Below are positions 1-9,379 of a stretch of DNA of 64,000 nucleotides, one piece after another. Source of the DNA: Clostridia bacterium (GTDB taxonomy: Bacteria > Bacillota > Clostridia > UMGS1883). The notes beneath the pieces are model-generated. The model made no database searches. It was given only the letters and a program-made list of their open reading frames with translations, and was not told the origin of the DNA. Positions within the stretch are counted from its first letter, which is position 1. Each line of letters starts with the position of its first letter. The stretch is taken from assembly GCA_051866635.1 (NCBI GenBank), contig JBJDXJ010000052.1, forward strand, positions 14,744-78,743, written 5' to 3'. A program made the position numbers and the translations under genes.

Positions 1-806
1 TCTCCGAAGAAGTCTCCGAAGAAGTAGCTGAAGAAGTTGCCGAAGAAACCGCATTCGAGGAAAATGCAACCGAAGAAGCGGTTGAAGATTCTACAGAAGC
101 AGAAAAGTATGTTTCTATTGAAAGCCTTATTGCAGAAATTAAATCACTTAAGTTAAAGAACAGGGTTTTATCCGTGATCTTGGCTGTTATTATTGCGGCA
201 CTGGTTATTTTTGCCGGTGCAAAGGCTTACATGAGTTATAACCCCTATAATCATATGGGATTTTATAACACATCAGGTATGACAATTGCCGATATGGCAA
301 GGATGAGTGGCATGACAGTTGAAGAGATTATTGAACAGTATCAGCTTCCCGATAATGTAAAAGAAAATACTTATTATGATGTAATCCAGTATCTTATGCC
401 CACATCTGTAGTTGTAGAAATGTACGGTATGGATTTTGAAACAGCTAAGGAAAGATTTATGTTTCCTGATGAAGTTACAGGAGAAACACTTTGGCTTGAT
501 GCAGAAGCTACAATTCCCCTTTCTGTATATATTGGTACAGGTGACACCCTTGCGAACTTCGTTAAGGAATACAACCTTCCCGAAACTGTAACAGAAGATA
601 CACTTTGGGGTGAAATCAGAGAACAGGTTCTTAAGTTTGAATATGAGAGAAGCATAGCTCCCGAAGGAGAAAACGAAGTTGAAGAAGTGAATGAAGTTAA
701 TCCCGAAGAAGTTTATGACGAACCTCAGGCAGAAGAAACACTTTCCGAAGAAGAATTAGCTGAAATAATGGCTTATCTTGAAAATGCAAGCGAAGTAACT
801 GAATAA
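1..806 (+). CDS. hypothetical membrane protein, 5' end outside window (acidic EEV-repeat N-terminus, one TM helix, acidic C-terminus)
   Basis: Frame is open from base 3 through the annotated GTG at 174. SEEVSEEVAEEV acidic repeats are followed by a hydrophobic helix (ILAVIIAALVIFAG). No family recognised. Confidence 0.5.
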   Translation, partial: SEEVSEEVAEEVAEETAFEENATEEAVEDSTEAEKYVSIESLIAEIKSLKLKNRVLSVILAVIIAALVIFAGAKAYMSYNPYNHMGFYNTSGMTIADMARMSGMTVEEIIEQYQLPDNVKENTYYDVIQYLMPTSVVVEMYGMDFETAKERFMFPDEVTGETLWLDAEATIPLSVYIGTGDTLANFVKEYNLPETVTEDTLWGEIREQVLKFEYERSIAPEGENEVEEVNEVNPEEVYDEPQAEETLSEEELAEIMAYLENASEVTE

Positions 807-820
807 TCAGATAACAAAAA

Positions 821-848
821 AAGAGTGAGAAATCACTCTTTTTTGTTG
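821..848 (+). terminator. rho-independent terminator
   Basis: Hairpin agagtga-gaaa-tcactct followed by a T-run. Confidence 0.6.
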
Positions 849-948
849 TTTTCTACCGAAAAATATATTATAATGAAAAAGACAGATAACAGAAGGCGTT
901 ACTGCTGTAATTACATAATATATGCGAAAATTGAAAGGTTGGGAAAAT

Positions 949-2061
949 ATGTACGATTATCTTGTGGTAGGTGCAGGGCTTTTTGGTTCTGTATTTGCAT
1001 ATGAGGCAAAGAAAAAGGGCCGGAAGGTTCTTGTTATTGATAAACGCAATCATATTGGAGGAAATATATACACCGAGGAAATCGAAGGTATTAATGTGCA
1101 TAAATACGGTGCACACATTTTCCATACAAGCGATAAAAATATTTGGGAATATGTTAATCAGTTTGCACAGTTTAACCGTTACACCAATGAGCCTGTTGCA
1201 AATTACAAAGGCGAAATGTATAATCTGCCCTTTAATATGAACACATTTTCAAAAATGTGGGGTATAAAGACGCCTCAAGAGGCAAAAGAAAAAATAGCAG
1301 AGCAGATTAAACAGGCAGGTATAACAGAACCTAAAAACCTTGAAGAACAGGCGATAAGCATGGTAGGTACAGATATTTATGAAAAACTTGTTAAGGGATA
1401 TACAGCAAAGCAATGGGGAAGAGATTGCAAAGACTTGCCCTCCTTTATAATAAAAAGGCTTCCTGTAAGATTTGTTTACGACAATAACTATTTTAATGAT
1501 TTGTATCAGGGCATACCCATAGGGGGATATACACAAATTGCAGAAAAAATGCTCGATGGCATAGAAGTAAGACTTAACGAAGACTTTTTTTCAAAAAAAG
1601 AAGAATATATGAACTGTGCGAAAAAGATACTTTTCACAGGTATGATAGATGAATTTTATGATTACTGTTACGGTCAGCTGGAATACAGGTCCTTGAAATT
1701 TGAAACGGAAGTGATAGACTTAGAAAACTATCAGGGCAATGCCGTGGTAAATTATACAGAGAAGGAAGTGCCTTTTACAAGGATTATTGAGCATAAACAC
1801 TTTGAATATATGTGTCATGGAGGAAAGAGTGTTCCCAAAACTGTTATAACAAGAGAATACCCTGCAACATGGAAAATAGGTGATGAACCCTATTATCCAA
1901 TGAATGATGAAAAAAACAACAGTCTTTATAAAAAGTACCTTGAAAAGTCAAAGCAGGAGGATAAAGTGATTTTTGGCGGAAGATTGGGAATGTACAAGTA
2001 TTTTGATATGCATAATGTAATAGCCGCGGCTTTGGAAACTGCAGGAAAGGAATTAAACTAA
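949..2061 (+). CDS. glf: UDP-galactopyranose mutase
   Basis: N-terminal FAD Rossmann motif YDYLVVGAGLFGSVFA. Conserved Glf blocks KRNHIGGN, YGAHIFHT and NYFNDLYQGIP. ATG at 949 lies downstream of an aaagg RBS. Confidence 0.9.
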   Translation: MYDYLVVGAGLFGSVFAYEAKKKGRKVLVIDKRNHIGGNIYTEEIEGINVHKYGAHIFHTSDKNIWEYVNQFAQFNRYTNEPVANYKGEMYNLPFNMNTFSKMWGIKTPQEAKEKIAEQIKQAGITEPKNLEEQAISMVGTDIYEKLVKGYTAKQWGRDCKDLPSFIIKRLPVRFVYDNNYFNDLYQGIPIGGYTQIAEKMLDGIEVRLNEDFFSKKEEYMNCAKKILFTGMIDEFYDYCYGQLEYRSLKFETEVIDLENYQGNAVVNYTEKEVPFTRIIEHKHFEYMCHGGKSVPKTVITREYPATWKIGDEPYYPMNDEKNNSLYKKYLEKSKQEDKVIFGGRLGMYKYFDMHNVIAAALETAGKELN

Positions 2062-2576
2062 ATAAAACGACAGATAAAGCACCCTACGATACTTCCTGTC
2101 AGGTCCGCAAGAAGGGCACAGACAAGGCAGTATCGTAATTTTTTTGCACGTGTTGCCGCAAAGTATATACTAAGGGTATAAAATGTTGTTTCGGTGCTTC
2201 CCATAATAACAGAGGCACATCTGCCTATATAGCTGTCGGGCGAATGAGTCCCGAGAATATTCTGAAAAAGTGCCATAGACCCTGAGCCTGAAACACAGCG
2301 CATTAGTGACAAGGGCAGTATTTCACGGGGAATATTTAAAATATTACATAAAGGTGAAAAAAATGAAGAAAAGGCTTCCAATGCTCCTGACGCAGAAAGA
2401 ATTTCAATTGCAACAACAAGTCCCGTAATTGGTGGCAATATGTCGATAGCACACCTTAAACCCTTTTTGCCGCCTTCTGTAAAAGCTGACCATATATCAG
2501 TCTTTTTTATAAAAGCAAACATCAGTATAATAACAATAAATATAGGAATAGTGTATGATGCTAAGTTTTTAATCAT
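2058..2576 (-). CDS. spmB: spore maturation protein B (nucleoside-recognition/Gate domain membrane protein)
   Basis: ~170-aa multi-TM protein directly downstream of, and overlapping, a SpmA-like gene. Matches the conserved spmA-spmB pair. Confidence 0.7.
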   Translation of the reverse strand: MIKNLASYTIPIFIVIILMFAFIKKTDIWSAFTEGGKKGLRCAIDILPPITGLVVAIEILSASGALEAFSSFFSPLCNILNIPREILPLSLMRCVSGSGSMALFQNILGTHSPDSYIGRCASVIMGSTETTFYTLSIYFAATRAKKLRYCLVCALLADLTGSIVGCFICRFI

Positions 2577-3127
2577 TTAAATATCCTCGCACATATTTTA
2601 GCAGATATGGTTCCTACCAAAAATGCACACATTGTTGTAATTAAGGTGGGAATAATTATATCTGAAGGCGTTTGAGAGCCGAACTGACCACGAAGTGCAA
2701 TTACAGATGAGGGGACAAGCTGAATGGATGCTGTGTTTATTACAATAAACATACACATGGCGTTACTTGCCCTGTTGGGATGTAGGTTAATTTTGTCAAG
2801 CTCGCTCATGGCTTCAAGCCCCAGTGGTGTTGCGGCATTGCCCATTCCAAGCATGTTTGCACTCATATTCATTGTTATTTTTTCGCGTATTTTTGCATTT
2901 TTTGAAATATTTCCAAACAAAAGGTTTATTAAAGGTGACAGTATTTTTGAAATTAACTCTGTTACACCGCTTCTTTGGGCAATTTCCATTATACCTGACC
3001 AAAAGCACATTATAGGCGTAAGCGTTATAATCAGTGTGAACGCTTTTTCCATACCGCAGTTCAGGTGTGAAACAACACTGTTGCCGTCTTGCGTAATGAG
3101 GCAATATACTATGCCTCCCACCATCAT
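2573..3127 (-). CDS. spmA: spore maturation protein A
   Basis: 184-aa membrane protein with nucleoside-transporter-like Gate domain motifs (GMGNAATPLGLEAM). Pairs with the spmB-like gene. Confidence 0.7.
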   Translation of the reverse strand: MMVGGIVYCLITQDGNSVVSHLNCGMEKAFTLIITLTPIMCFWSGIMEIAQRSGVTELISKILSPLINLLFGNISKNAKIREKITMNMSANMLGMGNAATPLGLEAMSELDKINLHPNRASNAMCMFIVINTASIQLVPSSVIALRGQFGSQTPSDIIIPTLITTMCAFLVGTISAKICARIFK

Positions 3128-3308
3128 AAGAAACCATACTACTGATAATATTGTAAAAACCTCCTCTTTATGAACAAATTGAAAACGAGTTGTGATATTT
3201 TGTAAAATTATGTTTATAAATTGTGAATTCAGTCGAAATTCCGTTGACTTTTAATGGTCCGAATGTTAATATTTATCATGAAAGAAGAATTAACAGGAGG
3301 TAAAAAGG

Positions 3309-3578
3309 ATGTCAAAGAAAGATACAACAAAATCAACAAGTGTTATGCGTAAGGTGGATCAGTTAGGTCGTGTTGTAATACCTAAGGAGTTACGTAAGAA
3401 TTTTGATATTAAAGATAATGAAGATTTCCTTGAAATATATGTTGAAGGCGACAAGATTATTCTTAAAAAGTATGCTCCGGGCTGTACTTTCTGTGGAAAA
3501 GAAGGAGACCTTTACGATTATAAGGATAAATTGGTTTGTGCTAACTGTATAAAAGAATTAAAAGATTCAGTTCTTTAA
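3309..3578 (+). CDS. abrB: AbrB/SpoVT-family transition-state regulator with C-terminal Cys4 zinc ribbon
   Basis: VMRKVDQLGRVVIPKELRKNFDIKDNEDFLEIYVEGDKIILKKY closely matches the AbrB N-terminal swapped-hairpin domain. C-terminus carries CTFCG...CANC. Confidence 0.8.
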   Translation: MSKKDTTKSTSVMRKVDQLGRVVIPKELRKNFDIKDNEDFLEIYVEGDKIILKKYAPGCTFCGKEGDLYDYKDKLVCANCIKELKDSVL

Positions 3579-3581
3579 AAA

Positions 3582-3608
3582 ATGGAGCGTAAAGCTCCAT
3601 TTTTTTGT
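3582..3608 (+). terminator. rho-independent terminator
   Basis: Hairpin atggagcgtaaagctccat followed by T7. Confidence 0.7.
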
Positions 3609-3680
3609 ATAAACCCTTGAAAAAAGCATAAGACAGTATTATAATTAAGGACAGTGATTATTTAGAAAAGGACTGTTTTC

Positions 3681-4763
3681 ATGAAGTATCAGAGAGTGTA
3701 TGCCCAGATTGATTTAGGTATAATCAGGCAGAACCTTATTACAATAAAAGAAAAAATAGGCAAAAAGCTTTTGGTTGTTATTAAAGCAAATGCTTATGGT
3801 CACGGTGCAGGCAGGGTTGCTGAAGCTGTAAAAGATATTGCAGATTATTTTGCGGTGGCAACTATTGAGGAAGCAATAAGCCTGCGTGAGAGAGGCTTAA
3901 CAAATCCTATACTTATTTTGGGCTACGTTTCCCCCGAATATTTCCCTGAATTGGTCAAATATGATATTGAACAAACCTTGTTCGATTACGAAAGTGCAGT
4001 TTTGCTATCTAAGGTGGGCGGCAAAGCTCATATTGCCGTTGATACGGGTATGGGAAGAATAGGTTTCGCTCCCAATGAAGAAAGTGTTGAAACAATTAAG
4101 AAGATTGCATCTCTTGAGGGTATCAATCTGGTGGGCATTTTTACACATTTTGCAACAGCGGACGAAACGGATAAATTCTTTTCAAATACCCAGTTTGAGA
4201 AATTCACAAACTTTGTCAAAATGCTTGAGGAAAATGGTGTTGTAATACCTATAAAGCACGTTTCAAACAGTGCGGCTATTGTTGATATGCCATCTTTTAG
4301 TCTTGATATGGTTCGTTCAGGTATTATCACATACGGGCTTAAGCCTTCAAAGGATGTAGGCGATATTGACATAAAGCCTGCGTTAAAGCTTAAAACCCAT
4401 GTTGTATATGTTAAAACCGTACCTAAAGGCACACCTGTAAGCTACGGCAGAACATACGTAACTGAAAGGGAAACGGTCATTGCCACCATCCCTGTGGGAT
4501 ATGCTGACGGGTATCCGAGAGCACTGTCAAATCGAGGAAGGGTTGTCATAAAGGGTCAGTATGCACCTATAATCGGTAGGGTTTGTATGGACCAGTTTAT
4601 GGTTGATGTTACACATATCCCAAATGTTCGGGTTGGCGATGAAGTAAGTCTGATTGACGAAATGATTACGGCGGAGGAAATCGCAGAATTAGAAGGTACA
4701 ATCAATTATGAAACCGTTTGCAAAATAAGTGACCGTGTCCCAAGAATATATATAAACGGGTGA
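3681..4763 (+). CDS. alr: alanine racemase
   Basis: PLP-lysine motif VVIKANAYGHG. Length and C-terminal beta domain are typical of Alr. Confidence 0.9.
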   Translation: MKYQRVYAQIDLGIIRQNLITIKEKIGKKLLVVIKANAYGHGAGRVAEAVKDIADYFAVATIEEAISLRERGLTNPILILGYVSPEYFPELVKYDIEQTLFDYESAVLLSKVGGKAHIAVDTGMGRIGFAPNEESVETIKKIASLEGINLVGIFTHFATADETDKFFSNTQFEKFTNFVKMLEENGVVIPIKHVSNSAAIVDMPSFSLDMVRSGIITYGLKPSKDVGDIDIKPALKLKTHVVYVKTVPKGTPVSYGRTYVTERETVIATIPVGYADGYPRALSNRGRVVIKGQYAPIIGRVCMDQFMVDVTHIPNVRVGDEVSLIDEMITAEEIAELEGTINYETVCKISDRVPRIYING

Positions 4764-4769
4764 ATAAAA

Positions 4770-4809
4770 TTACCGTATCTGTAAAAAAATAGATACGGTA
4801 ATTTTTTTA
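4770..4809 (+). terminator. rho-independent terminator
   Basis: Hairpin taccgtatctg-taaaaaaa-tagatacggta followed by a T-run. Confidence 0.7.
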
Positions 4810-4822
4810 TGGAGGTATACTT

Positions 4823-5356
4823 ATGGAAAATCTTAAAGGCAGTAAAACAGAAAAGAACCTTTTTGCCGCATTTGCCGGTGAAACACAGGCAAGGGTGAAA
4901 TATTCAATTTTTGCAAAAAAGGCAAAAGAAGAAGGATATGATGAAATTTCTGAAATTTTCAACTTGATTTCAAACAATGAATATGCACACGGAGAAATGT
5001 GGTTTAAATTTATTTGTAATGGTATCGGAGATACACTAAGTAACCTGAAAAGTGCCATGAGTGGCGAAAAATACGAATGGGAAGAAATGTATCCTGAATT
5101 TGCAAAGACAGCAAAAGAGGAGGGCTTTGATGAAATAGCAACCCTTTTTGAAAAAGTGGCAGATATAGAAAGCCTTCATCATAAGCGATTTGCCAGCCTT
5201 GCAGACAATCTGGAAAATGGAACAACTTTTTCCAAATCAGCAGACGTAATATGGGAATGTGAAAATTGCGGTCATATTCAGCAGGGCAAAAACGCACCTT
5301 CATTTTGTCCCGTGTGCGGATATCCACAAAGCAGCTTCAAAGAAAAGGTACAATAA
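4823..5356 (+). CDS. rbr: rubrerythrin
   Basis: Ferritin-like diiron domain (EYAHGEMW, E..H motifs) plus C-terminal rubredoxin-like CENCG...CPVCG. Confidence 0.9.
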   Translation: MENLKGSKTEKNLFAAFAGETQARVKYSIFAKKAKEEGYDEISEIFNLISNNEYAHGEMWFKFICNGIGDTLSNLKSAMSGEKYEWEEMYPEFAKTAKEEGFDEIATLFEKVADIESLHHKRFASLADNLENGTTFSKSADVIWECENCGHIQQGKNAPSFCPVCGYPQSSFKEKVQ

Positions 5357-5391
5357 GCGGCTTTTCTAAGCGTGTTGAAATGTCGACACGC

Positions 5392-5443
5392 GACCTCAAA
5401 GGCGGACTACGTCCTTCGGCACTTTGAGGTCTGTATTTTTTCT
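5392..5443 (+). terminator. rho-independent terminator (10-bp stem gacctcaaag/ctttgaggtc, T-run)
   Basis: Perfect inverted repeat followed by tgtatttttt immediately after rbr. Confidence 0.7.
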
Positions 5444-5472
5444 AATGAACAAAGTGACAATTTCTCGTGCAA

Positions 5473-5541
5473 GGGGCTAATAGCCCCCTAGAATTGCCAC
5501 TTTCGGCAGGGTAATCGTATTGCCCTGCCTATTTTATTTTG
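5473..5541 (+). other. orphan tandem hairpins + U-tract (second terminator or small RNA 3' end)
   Basis: ggggctaatagcccc and ggcagggtaat-cgt-attgccctgcc followed by tattttatttt. No flanking ORF. Confidence 0.4.
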
Positions 5542-5618
5542 GGGAGTCTTACTCACCAAACCCCTTGCGATTGAATAAAAATAGGTTTATCGACAGTCTG
5601 AGAAAAGTCGCTTACGTA

Positions 5619-5647
5619 TTGAAAGTTTTTTGAAAAAAGTATATAAT
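5619..5647 (+). promoter_or_regulatory. sigma-A-type promoter for gatCAB (TTGAAA-N17-TATAAT)
   Basis: Consensus-like -35/-10 hexamers with 17-nt spacing, ~30 nt upstream of gatC. Confidence 0.55.
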
Positions 5648-5678
5648 AAAGCAAAACAAAAGAAATGATGTGACTAAA

Positions 5679-5954
5679 ATGACAATTTCAGACTTGGATG
5701 TAAAAAAGATAGCAAATCTTGCAAAGCTTGAATTTAGTGAAGATGAGATTGAAAATATGAAAAAAGTATTTTCGGGAATGAAAGACCTTTTAAGCATTAT
5801 GGATGAAATAAATGTTAAAGATAGCTTACCTGACAGGGATTTTTGTGATTTAAGGGCTGATAAAGAAGAAAAATCCCTTCCTAAGAGCGATGTGCTTAAA
5901 AATGCACCTGAAAGTTCAGAAGGTTATTTTACTGTTCCGAGGATTGTGGGGTAG
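5679..5954 (+). CDS. gatC: Asp-tRNA(Asn)/Glu-tRNA(Gln) amidotransferase subunit C
   Basis: MTISDLDVKKIANLAKLEFSEDEIE is the GatC signature N-terminus. Immediately precedes gatA. Start could instead be the GTG at 5670. Confidence 0.85.
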   Translation: MTISDLDVKKIANLAKLEFSEDEIENMKKVFSGMKDLLSIMDEINVKDSLPDRDFCDLRADKEEKSLPKSDVLKNAPESSEGYFTVPRIVG

Positions 5955-5959
5955 GAGAG

Positions 5960-7387
5960 ATGGATTTTCAAATGACAATTGAAAATGTGCAAAAAATGCT
6001 TGACAAAAAGATTTTCTCCTGTGAGGAATTGGTTAAGCTTGTACTTAACAATATTTCATACTTAGCTTGTGCCACAGGTGCTTATATTACAGTTTGCCGT
6101 GAAAGTGCCATAAACGAGGCAAAACGGATTGATAAAGAGGGGCGAAATTATCCTCTTTCCGGGATACCTATTGCCGTGAAAGACAATATTTGCACAAAGG
6201 ATGTAATGACAACTGCCGGAAGTCAAATATTGAAAGGCTTTGTTCCCCCGTATGATGCTACCGTGGTGGAAAAATTAAAAATGCAAGGTGCAATCATTAT
6301 CGGAAAAACCAATATGGATGAATTCGGTATGGGTTCAACAGGTGAAAACAGTGCATATAAATCCACAGCAAACCCTGTTGATTATACATATGTTTCAGGC
6401 GGTTCCTCAAGCGGTAGTGCTGTGGCAGTAAAAAGCGGTCAGGCAATAGCAGCTTTGGGCAGTGACACAGGCGGCAGTATTCGACAACCTGCCTCCTTTT
6501 GCAATCTTTATGGGCTAAAGCCCACATATTCCCGTGTTTCAAGATACGGGCTTATTGCTTTTAGTTCAAGTCTTGACACCATCGGTCCAATCTGTCAAAG
6601 TGTAAAAGACTGTGCTGTTATGTTAAATGCCATTGCTGGGGCTGATAAAAGGGACATGACCTCATCGAAAAAAGAGGTTCCAGATTATACAAAAGCTCTT
6701 TCAATCGGGGTAAAAGGAATTAAAATAGGAGTTATAAAAGAGTTTTTTGAAAACATTGATGAAGATGTAAAAGAAGCCGTAAAAAAGGCAATTGATGACT
6801 ATAAATACCTTGGTGCGGAACTGGAAGAATGTTCTGCTGGTTCGTTAAAATATGCTTTGGGTGCATATTACATTTTATCTTCCGCCGAGGCGTCAAGCAA
6901 TCTTCAGCGGTATGACGGCGTGAGATTTGGAACACGGTCAAAAGAATACAATTCATTGGAAGAAATGTACGTAAAGAGCCGCAGTGAGGGCTTTGGTGAT
7001 GAAGTGAAGCGTAGAATTATGATAGGAACATTTGTGCTTACGGGGGATTATTATAACCTTTATTATAGAAAAGCCTTAGAGGCTGTGAAAATAATCAAGG
7101 CTGAATTTAATAAGCTTTTTGAAAAATTTGATGTTATAATAGCACCTTCAAGCCCTGTAAGAGTGCCAAAAAGGGGCGAAATTCGTGAGGCGTATGAGGA
7201 ATATAATTTAGACAAGTCTACAGTGGCGGTAAACTTAGCATCACTTCCGGCAATAAGTGTGCCCTGTGGCACAGATAAAAACAATATGCCTGTGGGTTTT
7301 CAGATTATTGGAAAGCCCTTTGATGAAGAAGGTATATTGAAAGTGGCATATAATTACGAAAAGCGTGGTGATTATATTGGAGCTTGA
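5960..7387 (+). CDS. gatA: Asp-tRNA(Asn)/Glu-tRNA(Gln) amidotransferase subunit A (amidase)
   Basis: Amidase signature GGSSSGSAVAV, GKTNMDEFGMGS and GSDTGGSIRQPA. Confidence 0.9.
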   Translation: MDFQMTIENVQKMLDKKIFSCEELVKLVLNNISYLACATGAYITVCRESAINEAKRIDKEGRNYPLSGIPIAVKDNICTKDVMTTAGSQILKGFVPPYDATVVEKLKMQGAIIIGKTNMDEFGMGSTGENSAYKSTANPVDYTYVSGGSSSGSAVAVKSGQAIAALGSDTGGSIRQPASFCNLYGLKPTYSRVSRYGLIAFSSSLDTIGPICQSVKDCAVMLNAIAGADKRDMTSSKKEVPDYTKALSIGVKGIKIGVIKEFFENIDEDVKEAVKKAIDDYKYLGAELEECSAGSLKYALGAYYILSSAEASSNLQRYDGVRFGTRSKEYNSLEEMYVKSRSEGFGDEVKRRIMIGTFVLTGDYYNLYYRKALEAVKIIKAEFNKLFEKFDVIIAPSSPVRVPKRGEIREAYEEYNLDKSTVAVNLASLPAISVPCGTDKNNMPVGFQIIGKPFDEEGILKVAYNYEKRGDYIGA

Positions 7388-8783
7388 AACAAAAATAGGA
7401 CTGGAAATACATGTAGAATTGTCAACTGAAACAAAAGCATTTTGTTCATGTAAATCAGCTTTCGGCGGGGAGGCAAACACACGGTGCTGTCCTGTCTGCA
7501 TGGGACTTCCGGGAGCGTTGCCCGTTTTAAATAAGGAACTTGTGAAAAATGCCATTAAAATGGGGATTGCAACAAATTGTACCATTAATAATGTGATAAA
7601 AAACGCCAGGAAAAATTATTTTTATCCTGACTTGCCAAAGGGGTATCAGATTTCACAAAATGATTTACCTGTTTGTGTTAACGGCTTTGTTATGGTTAGC
7701 GGAAGAAAAATCCGTATTAACCGCATACATATTGAAGAAGATGCAGGGAAACTTCTTCATTTTGGTGAAATAACAAAAATAGACTATAACCGTGCAGGAG
7801 TTCCCTTAATTGAAATTGTTACCGAGCCTGACATAAAAAACAGTGATGAAGCAAAGGAATTGCTGAAAAAAATAAAAAATTTGCTTTTGTATCTTGGTAT
7901 TTCGGATTGTAAGATGCAAGAAGGCAGTTTAAGATGTGATGTAAATGTTTCCGTGCGGGAAAAAGGGCAGAGGGAATATAATGAAAGATGCGAGATGAAA
8001 AACATAAACTCTTTTTCCGAGGTTATACGTTGCATTGAGTATGAAGAAGCACGTCAAAGAAGAATCATGCTTTCAGGCGGAAAGGTTTGTGCCGAAACAA
8101 GACGCTGGGACGGGGAAAATAATATCAGTGTGGTTTTACGAGATAAAGAAACTACAAAAGATTACAGGTATTTTCCTGAGCCTGATATACCATACATATA
8201 TATCGGGCAGGATTTTATTGATGAAATAAGAAAAAATATGCCCGAGCTTCCTGATGAAAAAGTAAAAACGTATGTAAAGGAATTTGGTTTATCAAAAACA
8301 GATAGCGAAAATATTGTAAAGATAAAAAACTTTACAGTTCTTTTGGAGGAAGCAGTGGAACTGGGGACAAGTGCTAAGGTTGTGGCAAATTGGCTTTTAG
8401 GCGAGATTTCAAAACTATTAAATAAAAGCGGTATGGATGCTGAAAAAATTCCTTTCAGCGGCAAGGATTTGGCTGATTTGCAGAGCCTGATTGATACGGG
8501 AAGGATAACGCAAACTATGGCGAAGGACATTGTTGAGGTTATGTTTAACACCGGCAGGACAATTGAAAATATTGTAAAGGGAAACAACTTTATAGTAATT
8601 GAAGATGAAAACGAGATAAGAAAACTTGCAGAAGACGTAATTACTTCAAACAAAAAGAGCGTGACAGATTACAAAAACGGCAAAAAGAACGCTTTTGGGT
8701 ATTTAATTGGGCAATGTATGAAAAAAAGCGGCAACCGTGCTGATGTGGGGATGATAAAGAAACTTTTGGAGGAACTGTTATGA
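7365..8783 (+). CDS. gatB: Asp-tRNA(Asn)/Glu-tRNA(Gln) amidotransferase subunit B
   Basis: GLEIHVEL N-terminal motif and GatB/YqeY C-terminal domain. Overlaps the gatA end. Confidence 0.9.
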   Translation: MVIILELETKIGLEIHVELSTETKAFCSCKSAFGGEANTRCCPVCMGLPGALPVLNKELVKNAIKMGIATNCTINNVIKNARKNYFYPDLPKGYQISQNDLPVCVNGFVMVSGRKIRINRIHIEEDAGKLLHFGEITKIDYNRAGVPLIEIVTEPDIKNSDEAKELLKKIKNLLLYLGISDCKMQEGSLRCDVNVSVREKGQREYNERCEMKNINSFSEVIRCIEYEEARQRRIMLSGGKVCAETRRWDGENNISVVLRDKETTKDYRYFPEPDIPYIYIGQDFIDEIRKNMPELPDEKVKTYVKEFGLSKTDSENIVKIKNFTVLLEEAVELGTSAKVVANWLLGEISKLLNKSGMDAEKIPFSGKDLADLQSLIDTGRITQTMAKDIVEVMFNTGRTIENIVKGNNFIVIEDENEIRKLAEDVITSNKKSVTDYKNGKKNAFGYLIGQCMKKSGNRADVGMIKKLLEELL

Positions 8784-9238
8784 TAAGGGTAATGTTTGTG
8801 TGCCACGGCAATATTTGCAGAAGCACAATGGCTGAGTTTTTATTCAGAGATTTTGTGGAAAAACAAGGGATGGGAGATAAATTCTGTATTGCTTCTTCCG
8901 CCACAAGCCGTGAGGAAATAGGTAACGGGGTTCACTATGGCACCGCACGGGTGCTGGACAGGCTTGGTATTGATTATTCAAAGAAACGAGCAGTTCAGCT
9001 TACAAAAGCTGATTTTGATAAATATGACTATTTTATAGGTATGGATGACGCAAATATACGGAATATGACAAGAATTTTAGGCACCGATGACAATGTTTAC
9101 AAATTTCTTGAGTTTGCAGGGGAAAGTGGGGATATTGCAGACCCATGGTATACGGGAAACTTTGAAGAAACATACCGCGATGTTGTAAAAGGTTGCAGGT
9201 CGTTTTTTGAATACTTAAAAAAGGAAAAGAAAATATAA
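8780..9238 (+). CDS. low-molecular-weight protein-tyrosine phosphatase
   Basis: P-loop VCHGNICRS (CX5R) at the N-terminus and a DPWY-type Asp loop. ~150 aa. Confidence 0.85.
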   Translation: MIRVMFVCHGNICRSTMAEFLFRDFVEKQGMGDKFCIASSATSREEIGNGVHYGTARVLDRLGIDYSKKRAVQLTKADFDKYDYFIGMDDANIRNMTRILGTDDNVYKFLEFAGESGDIADPWYTGNFEETYRDVVKGCRSFFEYLKKEKKI

Positions 9239-9379
9239 AAAATTCCTTAAATTGTGGCGTTTAAAAAAATTACATAAAAAACACAAGAAATTTTAATAAT
9301 TTTTGTTGATATTTTCTAAAAAAGATGTTATTATTATGTTATCAAATTTATGCCTTTAAGGCATGGGAGGAGAAAAGAT

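Noticed and set aside
5361-5408. 15-codon mini-ORF (MSTRDLKGGLRPSAL) in the rbr terminator region
   Set aside because: It lies within the terminator hairpin, with no RBS. It is a chance ORF.
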